A stretch of 52,354 nucleotides of DNA, from positions 1 through 52,354 of the IMG/VR virus record IMGVR_UViG_3300036785_000717; one strand, given 5' to 3'. The notes beneath the pieces are model-generated. The model saw nothing but the letters and a program-made list of their open reading frames with translations. It was not told the origin of the DNA and made no database searches. The stretch comes from a virus (Duplodnaviria; Caudoviricetes). Position numbers and translations under genes: made by a program. This document shows, in pieces, positions 45,827 to 52,354 of the stretch. Numbering within the stretch: the stretch's first letter is position 1; each line of letters begins with the position of its first letter.

Positions 45827-46102
45827 TCATGGTCCCCCGCTCAAACCCTCGGCTGTCTCGAAGCCCTCCACCATCAACGCGAGGGCGCCCTGCGGCCCGC
45901 GCGCCTTCGCGGCGACGGCGATCAGGGTGCACAGGGTGTGGCTCAGGAACTGGTCGCGGGCGGTCTCGCCCCCCAGTTCGTCGATTACCTCGAACGCCCG
46001 CCGCACGCGGTCGTCGGTGCGCAGCTGAATGTTGGTGATAAGCGACGAGGCTTCTGCATCCGGGTCGAGCATGGCAACAACCATCTCCCCTCTGATCTTC
46101 AA
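45827..46102 (-). CDS. Hypothetical protein (start probably 46084)
   Basis: First gene of the leftward early operon; AGGGGAG before the internal ATG. Confidence 0.55.
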   Translation of the reverse strand: MKIRGEMVVAMLDPDAEASSLITNIQLRTDDRVRRAFEVIDELGGETARDQFLSHTLCTLIAVAAKARGPQGALALMVEGFETAEGLSGGP

Positions 46103-46120
46103 CTTGACGCCGAGCGTAAG
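46103..46120 (+). promoter_or_regulatory. 18-bp operator-like site (OL-like)
   Basis: CTTGACGCCGAGCGTAAG at the head of the leftward early operon. Confidence 0.7.
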
Positions 46121-46189
46121 TCCCGGTCGCGGCGAGGGTCAAGTGCTAATTGACGACCCCCGCGCGCCATCCGTTCGATCCCGGACGAT

Positions 46190-46750
46190 TCAGAGGGCGC
46201 GATAAAGACCCACAGCGTAGCCGACGATGCGGGCGTCGCCTCTCAGAGGGGTCTCTTGCAGACGCGCCAATTCCGCGTCGTAGGCGACCAATGCTACGCC
46301 CTTGCCCTTGTGGCGCCGGGTGTTGATCACCACCTTATCGCCCCGCTGAATCGGCCCGGCGTCGTTGGGCGCGACGATCACCACCATGTGATCGTGGACG
46401 GCCAACGGCAGCTTGGCGAACATCCCCATGGGCAGAAACCAGTGGCGACCGTTGGCGAGGTCGCAGGGATCGGCGATCTGCGGCGTCAGGCGCTCCACGT
46501 TGATCTCACGTAGCTTCAGCGGTTTGTCCAGCACGCTGGGCGACTTGCCCCGGCCATATTCGAACCACTCCGGGTCGGAATTGAACAGGTCGGCCAGCAG
46601 GTCGAGGACCTTGGCGCGGGGCCGGATCTTGTCCTGTTCATACTGGCTGATCGCCGCGCGCGTGATGCCCAGATTGGCGGCCAGCTGGGCTTGGTTGAGG
46701 TTGTAGTCCTTTCGCGCCGCGAGGATGCGCTGACCGACACTGTCGCTCAT
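46190..46750 (-). CDS. CI-like repressor
   Basis: LNQAQLAANLGITRAAISQYE...RP HTH; EWFEYGRG; degenerate S24-like C-terminal domain. Confidence 0.85.
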   Translation of the reverse strand: MSDSVGQRILAARKDYNLNQAQLAANLGITRAAISQYEQDKIRPRAKVLDLLADLFNSDPEWFEYGRGKSPSVLDKPLKLREINVERLTPQIADPCDLANGRHWFLPMGMFAKLPLAVHDHMVVIVAPNDAGPIQRGDKVVINTRRHKGKGVALVAYDAELARLQETPLRGDARIVGYAVGLYRAL

Positions 46751-46763
46751 TGGACAGGCTCCA

Positions 46764-46781
46764 CTTGACGCAAAAAGTAAG
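46764..46781 (+). promoter_or_regulatory. 18-bp operator-like site (OR-like)
   Basis: CTTGACGCAAAAAGTAAG between cI and cro. Confidence 0.75.
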
Positions 46782-46828
46782 TGGGACAAGAGTGCCCACG
46801 GGTGGAAGCACCAAAGGCAAAGATCGCC

Positions 46829-47083
46829 ATGGCAAAGCGCATCGGCATCCCTACTGAAGCGGCGGAGCGAGCGGTCGAGGCCTTCCGGTACTCGCAGTAC
46901 GGACGATTCGCGGAGATCGGTCGCGAGCTTGGCATCTCCAAGCAAGCGATCTCTGGCTGGCGGGCGGTCCCTGCCGAATGGGTTCGCCAGCTTTCAGACA
47001 TCACGGGCATTCCTGCGTGGCGCCTCCGACCCGACCTGTACGACGCGCCGCCCCCCGAGACGACCGACGCAACAGGCCGATAG
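46829..47083 (+). CDS. Cro/YdaS-like repressor
   Basis: ELGISKQAISGW..VP...LRPDLY; divergent from cI. Confidence 0.85.
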   Translation: MAKRIGIPTEAAERAVEAFRYSQYGRFAEIGRELGISKQAISGWRAVPAEWVRQLSDITGIPAWRLRPDLYDAPPPETTDATGR

Positions 47084-47086
47084 CGC

Positions 47087-47104
47087 CTTACTTTCCTTGT
47101 CAAG
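47087..47104 (-). promoter_or_regulatory. 18-bp operator-like site (reverse orientation)
   Basis: Reverse complement reads CTTGACAAGGAAAGTAAG. Confidence 0.65.
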
Positions 47105-47146
47105 CGTGGCTTGTCAAGCCGCGCTTCTTCTGAAGGAATGCAAACA

Positions 47147-47641
47147 ATGGTTGCGGTGGTTCTTGGAATTGACATCGGTGCTAATGGAGCCATTGCGATA
47201 CTCACTATCTCTGGTGAGTTGCTTAACGTCGTCGACATGCCTTCGTTGCCTGAGGCGAATGGTCGCCGCGCCACCAACGCCGCCCTGCTCTCGAACATCA
47301 TCGCCGAGTCGAACGCCGACCGGATCTTCTGCGAGTTCGTGGCCGCTAGACCCACGGACGCCAAGGTCGCCGCCTTCGCCTTCGGGCGCGCTCGTGGAGT
47401 CATCGAGGGTATTGCCGGCGCCTTCGACCTTCCCATCGTCTGGATCACGCCGCCCGTCTGGAAGCGGTTCGCCGGAGTGCCGCCTGGCAAGGAGAACAAG
47501 GACGTGGCCCGGAGCCGGGCCATCGCCCGCTGGCCCAAGCACGCGCAGCGGTTCGCCCGCAAGACGGACATCGACCGCGCCGAGGCCTGCCTCATCGGCG
47601 CTGCAGGCCTGGCGCGGGCTGGCCTGGAGGTCGCGGCATGA
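47147..47641 (+). CDS. RuvC-like Holliday junction resolvase
   Basis: LGIDIG..GA.A, E, F.FG...G, P..WK, D.AEA.LI. Confidence 0.8.
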   Translation: MVAVVLGIDIGANGAIAILTISGELLNVVDMPSLPEANGRRATNAALLSNIIAESNADRIFCEFVAARPTDAKVAAFAFGRARGVIEGIAGAFDLPIVWITPPVWKRFAGVPPGKENKDVARSRAIARWPKHAQRFARKTDIDRAEACLIGAAGLARAGLEVAA

Positions 47642-48492
47642 CCCATCACCATCCACTCGCCGATCTGTTCCCGATGATGGCGGACGATGACCTTGCCGAC
47701 TTGGCGGCGGATATCCGCGACCACGGCCAGCTGCATCCGATTCTGGTGGACGAGGAGGACCGCATCGTCGACGGGCGCAACCGAGCCAGGGCGTGCGAGA
47801 TCGCGGGCGTCGAACCCCGCACGGAGGTGTTCACGGGCGACATCGCGGCGCTCGTCGTCTCGGCGAACCTCGCCCGCCGGAACCTGAAGAAAGGCCAGCA
47901 GGCGATGGCGCTGGCGATGATCTACCCGGAGACGCGGCGCGGGCGGGGTGCGCAGGACGGCGCGAGAAAAGGCGCAGAAACTTCGTCTTTTAGCTACCGC
48001 CGGCTTCAGCAGGCCCGGACTGTTCTCAGCCACTCGCGCGCCTTGGCCGAGGACGTGATCGCCGACCGGGTGTCGCTGGATGTGGCGCTGAACCAGGTGC
48101 AAGCCGAGCAGCGGGCGTCGGAGACGGCTACGGAGAAGCGGGCGCGGCTGGGCGCGATAGCCCCTGACTTGGCCGATCTGGTGGATGACGAGCGGCTGGG
48201 GTTGGATGAAGCGCTGGCCGCCGCCGATGAGCGCAAGCGGCAGGCGGACGCCATGGAGACGAACAAGCGCGAGACGTTCTATCGCCTTGCCGAAGGCGCG
48301 TTCCACGGCACGACAGCGTTTGCGAACGAAGGCTTCACGCAAGGGTTCGTGGAACGCCTCGCCGATCCTGAGTTCGCGCGGATGCTGCTGCTGCGTGTGA
48401 GGCCGCAGGGCGGGCGGCTCGCCGACATAGTGGCGGGGGCCGAGGTGTTCATCGAAATTCTGAAACGGGTCACAAAGACGGAGGCCACATGA
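47638..48492 (+). CDS. ParB-like N-terminal domain protein
   Basis: HPLADLFP, GQLHPI, IVDGRNR..AC, SANL.RR.L. Confidence 0.8.
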   Translation: MTHHHPLADLFPMMADDDLADLAADIRDHGQLHPILVDEEDRIVDGRNRARACEIAGVEPRTEVFTGDIAALVVSANLARRNLKKGQQAMALAMIYPETRRGRGAQDGARKGAETSSFSYRRLQQARTVLSHSRALAEDVIADRVSLDVALNQVQAEQRASETATEKRARLGAIAPDLADLVDDERLGLDEALAAADERKRQADAMETNKRETFYRLAEGAFHGTTAFANEGFTQGFVERLADPEFARMLLLRVRPQGGRLADIVAGAEVFIEILKRVTKTEAT

Positions 48493-49028
48493 TGTCGGAG
48501 ATGTCGGCTTATCTCAGCAATGAGAAGCGCAACTATCTAGAGGCCACCAAGCAGACAGGGGGCACCGCGCGCGGGTTTCGCGAACTCATCAAGCGGAAGT
48601 ACGAGGCCGACAAGGACAGCTTCCTGAAGATGGCGCTCGACGCCACGATGGAGGCGACGACGCATGTTTGGCAAAGGGCGCCGCGCCGGGTTGGCCCGGA
48701 TCTGTTCAGTTTGGCGGGTTACACGATCCCCGAGTATCTGACGCGCCCCCGCTATGCGGTGCCGGATGCTGACGACGACGCTGAAGACACTGAAGACACT
48801 GAAGACGAAGAGGACGAGGACAGCTTCGAGAAGGTCGCCCAGGCTTACGCGACGGTTCAAGACCTCGTCGCCGACGCAACGCTGAAACTTCGGAAGGCGG
48901 CGCAGTCAGCGACGGCCGCTGAGCGCGAAATGAAGGCCGCCGACGAGGCGCTGCGCCGTGCGCGCGGCGTGCGCTCAGCGTTGCTTGCCGATATCGCTGA
49001 TCGCGCACTGCCCCGCGCTGCCGAATGA
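48489..49028 (+). CDS. Hypothetical protein with acidic tract
   Basis: Coupled ORF; DDDAEDTEDTEDEEDED. Confidence 0.6.
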   Translation: MMSEMSAYLSNEKRNYLEATKQTGGTARGFRELIKRKYEADKDSFLKMALDATMEATTHVWQRAPRRVGPDLFSLAGYTIPEYLTRPRYAVPDADDDAEDTEDTEDEEDEDSFEKVAQAYATVQDLVADATLKLRKAAQSATAAEREMKAADEALRRARGVRSALLADIADRALPRAAE

Positions 49029-49035
49029 AAGCCTC

Positions 49036-50979
49036 GTGCCCGGTGAGGATCATCTCCGCACCTTCATGGAGCCCGTAGCCCGGTTGCTACTCGGCGATCC
49101 CAACCCACACCTCTCGAACGCCAAGATCCTCCGCTGGGGATCGCGCGGCTCCCTGGCCGTCGACGTCGAGAAGGGCGTGTTCTTCAACAATGAAGCCGGC
49201 GAGGGCGGCGGCGTCCTCGCCTTCATCGAACAGCACGAGATGATCAGCCACGCCGCCGCCCGCGACTGGCTGCACGATCACTTCCCCGAGTCCAAGCCGC
49301 GGCCCAACGGCCACGACCCCGCCGGCATCAAGGAGGCCTACCCCTACCACGACGTCGACGGAACGCTGCTGTCCGAGGTCTGCCGCAAATTCCCAAAGGC
49401 CTTCGTCCAGCGCAAGCCCGACGGCCACGACGGCTGGATATGGTCGACCAAGGGCGTCAAGCCCGTCCCCTACCGCCTGCCTGACCTCATCGCCGCCATC
49501 GCCGCCGGCAAGACCATCTGGATCGTCGAGGGCGAGAAGGACGTCGATCGGCTGCGCTCTCTGGGCCTAGCGGCCACCACCAACCCCGGCGGGGCCGGCA
49601 AGTGGAAGCCGGCGCTCAACGCCTACTTCATCGGCGCCGACGTCGTCGTGGTCAGCGACCACGACCCGCAGTCCAAAAGCCCTCAGGGCGAGCCCCTGTG
49701 GCACGCAGACGGGCGTCCGGTGCTGCCCGGCCAGGATCATGCCCAGGCCGTGGCAAGGGCCCTGACGGGCGTCGCAGCGCGCGTACGGGTGCTCGACCTC
49801 GGCACGGCCTGGCCCAGCTGCCCACCCAAGGGCGACGCCTCCGACTACCTCGACGCCGGCCACACCGCCGCCGACCTCGAAGCCCTCGCCGAGGGCCTGC
49901 AGGTCCCAGCCGTCAAGGCCCCCGCCATCCACCGGAACCTGTTCACGGGCGACCAGCTGGAAGGCGTCCCCGTGCCGCCGCGCCTCTGGCACGTCCGCGA
50001 CCTCATCCCCGCCCGCACCGTCACCCTCCTGGGCGGCGACGGCGGGGTCGGCAAGTCCACCCTCGCCCTGCAGCTGGCGATCGCCACCGCCGCCGAAATG
50101 CGGTGGCTGGGCTATGAGGTGCGCGGCGGACGCGCCCTCTACGTCTCCGCCGAAGACGATCGCGACGAGATCCACCGACGCACCGACTATATCACCCTGC
50201 ACTACGGCATCGCCTACGAACGCCTCGCAGGCCTCATCCTGTGGACCCTCGCCGACGAAGACGCCGTGCTGGTGTCGGGCTCCCCAGGGCAGCGCCTGGA
50301 GGTCATGGCGCGCTGGGAGGAACTGGAGGGCCTGGTGCGGCGTGAGCGACCCACGCTCATCGTCCTCGACAGCCTGGCCGACTTCTACGGCGCCAATGAG
50401 AACGAGCGCGCCCAGGTGCGCCAGTTCGTCCGCATCCTGCGCGGCCTGGCGGCGCCAGACGACGCCGCCGTCGTCCTCCTGAGCCACCCCTCGCTCACCG
50501 GGTTGTCGACTGGCACAGGCCTCTCAGGATCCACCGCCTGGAATAACTCAGTGCGCTCACGCCTCTCCTTCGCCGCCGTCGTCGACGAAGAAGGCAAAAC
50601 CTCCCCGGATCTACGCACGCTCACCGTCAAAAAAGCCAACTACGCCCAGGCCGGCAGCGAGATGCGACTGCACTGGGCCGGCGGCGCCTTCGTCAACGAC
50701 GACGCCGAGCGGATGTCCTTCGACAAACGCATCGACGACGACGAGCGCTTCCTCATGCTGCTCGACGCCTTCGCCGCCGACGGGCGCACCGTCAGCCACA
50801 ACCCAGGACACGCCTACGCCCCCGCCCTGTTCGCACAGGATCCACGCGGCCGCGGCGTCACCTCCAAGGCCTTCGGCGCGGCCATGAACCGCCTGTTTGC
50901 AAATGGTATCGTCCGCGCCGACACCAGAGGCCCGCCCTCTAAACGGGTCAGCTTTATCGCCCGGACGGTGGCCATTTAA
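49036..50979 (+). CDS. Primase-helicase (TOPRIM plus RepA/AAA_25-like)
   Basis: IVEGEKD, D.D, KGDASD; Walker A GDGGVGKS, SAED, Walker B IVLDS, SGSTAW, KANY; start uncertain (49036 or 49066). Confidence 0.9.
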   Translation: MPGEDHLRTFMEPVARLLLGDPNPHLSNAKILRWGSRGSLAVDVEKGVFFNNEAGEGGGVLAFIEQHEMISHAAARDWLHDHFPESKPRPNGHDPAGIKEAYPYHDVDGTLLSEVCRKFPKAFVQRKPDGHDGWIWSTKGVKPVPYRLPDLIAAIAAGKTIWIVEGEKDVDRLRSLGLAATTNPGGAGKWKPALNAYFIGADVVVVSDHDPQSKSPQGEPLWHADGRPVLPGQDHAQAVARALTGVAARVRVLDLGTAWPSCPPKGDASDYLDAGHTAADLEALAEGLQVPAVKAPAIHRNLFTGDQLEGVPVPPRLWHVRDLIPARTVTLLGGDGGVGKSTLALQLAIATAAEMRWLGYEVRGGRALYVSAEDDRDEIHRRTDYITLHYGIAYERLAGLILWTLADEDAVLVSGSPGQRLEVMARWEELEGLVRRERPTLIVLDSLADFYGANENERAQVRQFVRILRGLAAPDDAAVVLLSHPSLTGLSTGTGLSGSTAWNNSVRSRLSFAAVVDEEGKTSPDLRTLTVKKANYAQAGSEMRLHWAGGAFVNDDAERMSFDKRIDDDERFLMLLDAFAADGRTVSHNPGHAYAPALFAQDPRGRGVTSKAFGAAMNRLFANGIVRADTRGPPSKRVSFIARTVAI

Positions 50980-51039
50980 CGGCGCAAAGTGCAAGACGTC
51001 CCCCACTTCACTCGCCTGCGTTCGCTCGCCACGATCCTA

Positions 51040-51254
51040 CACTCACCCCTTCTCACGCCAATTTGCATGAATTCACTCGACCCTTCTCTCGCCAATTTGC
51101 AGGGTACACTCGCTCGAAACCACCATTCGATCGCCATTCACACGACCAGCTAAGGTTGTTCTTCTCTCCCCTATATATACTACGTATATATATACCCCAG
51201 CCCCCGCCTCCGGCGGCGGGGCTCGCTAGGGCTCGCCCGCCGGAGGCGGGGGCT
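51040..51254. other. Putative replication origin
   Basis: Two 28-bp imperfect direct repeats (51040-67, 51074-101), TA-rich tract (51171-95), perfect 18-bp inverted repeat (51199-216/51237-254), immediately after the primase-helicase. Confidence 0.6.
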
Positions 51255-51283
51255 ATAGCCGCTGGATCGTTTATCATCCGGCC

Positions 51284-51364
51284 ATGACCCCCGAGCGCGC
51301 CTTCGCCTGGATCCTGTTCCTCCTCGCCGCAGGCCTGCTCGTCTTCCTGCTCTGGCCGGCGTAG
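51284..51364 (+). CDS. Tiny hydrophobic peptide (26 aa)
   Basis: MTPERAFAWILFLLAAGLLVFLLWPA; weak RBS. Confidence 0.35.
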   Translation: MTPERAFAWILFLLAAGLLVFLLWPA

Positions 51365-51572
51365 CATCAGGCGTTGCGGCGGCGTGGAGAGCAGACACGC
51401 GTCGGAGGTGCAACCGGACCAGCGAGCCAGCCCCCCGCTGAACACCGGGAGCGTCGAGGCCGGAGTTCCGAGCCAGAGCCGGCGTCGCGCCCGGCCCGCA
51501 ACAACCCTGATATCCAAGTGGTTGACACCATGATATCAGGGTCGTAGGGTGAGGTCTCGAAACGGAGACACC

Positions 51573-51752
51573 ATGCGCCACACAGTCACCATCACCGCCG
51601 ACGGCCTCGGCCCTCGCAATTTCCATCTGCTCGACAAAGACCGCGCCGACCGCTTCGCAGCCAAGATCCTCCGCGACGGCGGCGAGGTTCACACCGTCCG
51701 CCCCACGACCCGCGAGGAAATCATCGCGCTCATCCGCAGCATCTCCGCATGA
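51573..51752 (+). CDS. Hypothetical protein
   Basis: RBS GGAG before ATG; TTGACA at 51522. Confidence 0.6.
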   Translation: MRHTVTITADGLGPRNFHLLDKDRADRFAAKILRDGGEVHTVRPTTREEIIALIRSISA

Positions 51753-51937
51753 GCCACAAGCGCCAAACCCCCCGCACGGGCATCCTGCTCAGGCTTGAAC
51801 CCGACGAACTCGCCGCCATCGACGCCGCACGAGGCGACACGCCACGCACCCAGTGGATCGTCGCCAAGGCGATGGCCAACACCGAATGCCCGCGCTGCGG
51901 GCTGATCAACGGGCATCGCTACCCCTGCGTCCAATGA
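51749..51937 (+). CDS. Small ribbon-helix-helix-like protein with Zn knuckle
   Basis: ILLRLEPDELAAIDAARG..PR..WI; CPRCG...H...C. Confidence 0.6.
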   Translation: MSHKRQTPRTGILLRLEPDELAAIDAARGDTPRTQWIVAKAMANTECPRCGLINGHRYPCVQ

Positions 51938-52354
51938 CCCCGTAGGGGTGCTTCACGATCAACATCGCGCCCGTCAGGCCTAGCTTGGCGGGCGCTTTGC
52001 TGTGGCCACGCGGCCATCCGCCCCCCCCCAGAACATCACCGGAACGCCCCGATCACCAAAACCTCCGCGCTTTTCGTCGAGGTTTTGGGGTTGCTTTCCT
52101 CAAGGCGACGCACTGGCTCAGCTTTTTAAGCCGCGCCCTCGAACGCAAGGCGAACCGGGGGCGGAACGAATCGGGGACGTACCGGACAATTCAGGGTGTC
52201 CGGGCCTTGTCCGGGAGGAAAATTCCGGAGGTTTATTCCCCTTGACACAGAGGGGAGGCCTCTTGCGCAGGCCCTCTTGCGCCCATATCGAACCGCCCTC
52301 TCGGCCCCTTCTCGCACGTCGTCAAGCTGTTGTAAGATCGCGCGCGGATGCCTC

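Larger units (their letters stand above)
1..52354. mobile_element. Partial temperate phage genome (podovirus-like structural module, intact attP)
   Basis: Capsid, nozzle, ejection, integrase, repressor, recombination and primase-helicase genes; no host housekeeping genes anywhere in the window. Confidence 0.95.

Noticed and set aside
43656-46153. Plus-strand ORFs of 505, 392 and 238 aa
   Set aside because: They lie opposite the recombination genes and have no recognisable domains
48781-48806. 9-bp tandem repeat CTGAAGACA
   Set aside because: In-frame expansion of an acidic tract; cannot cause phase variation
51940-52354. Short inverted repeats and TTGACA at the window end as a packaging site
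   Set aside because: Context is truncated and no terminase is present, so it cannot be supported
1-52354. tRNA, rRNA, terminase, portal and endolysin genes
   Set aside because: None recognised by eye; they are probably outside the window or too diverged

Overview
GC-rich, gene-dense fragment of a temperate tailed phage, probably a short-tailed podovirus-type virion because no tail tube, sheath or tape-measure gene is seen; an alphaproteobacterial host is plausible but not proven. Layout: a head-module gene (15-614); a ~10 kb accessory island (PAPS-reductase-like gene, C5 DNA methyltransferase with a nested out-of-frame gene, GHKL-ATPase/HExxH fusion, many small genes); head, fibre, adaptor and nozzle genes (11013-22876); three giant internal/ejection-type proteins and a GNAT gene (22877-33398); an antisense HNH gene; two fibre-type genes; xis-attP-int; a leftward early operon with YqaJ recombination genes; a cI/cro switch; RuvC-like, ParB-like and primase-helicase genes; and a probable origin. 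Terminase, portal and endolysin are not recognised in the window. Best leads: (1) a recurring x-A-x-Gly-Gly motif at domain borders of the virion-internal proteins, suggesting a polyprotein/cargo processing or ejection signal; (2) an 18-bp CTTGAC-N9-AAG operator-like site at about eight module junctions; (3) the nested methyltransferase partner gene; (4) a hairpin burying the head-operon start codon. All calls come from reading motifs by eye; no database searches were run.
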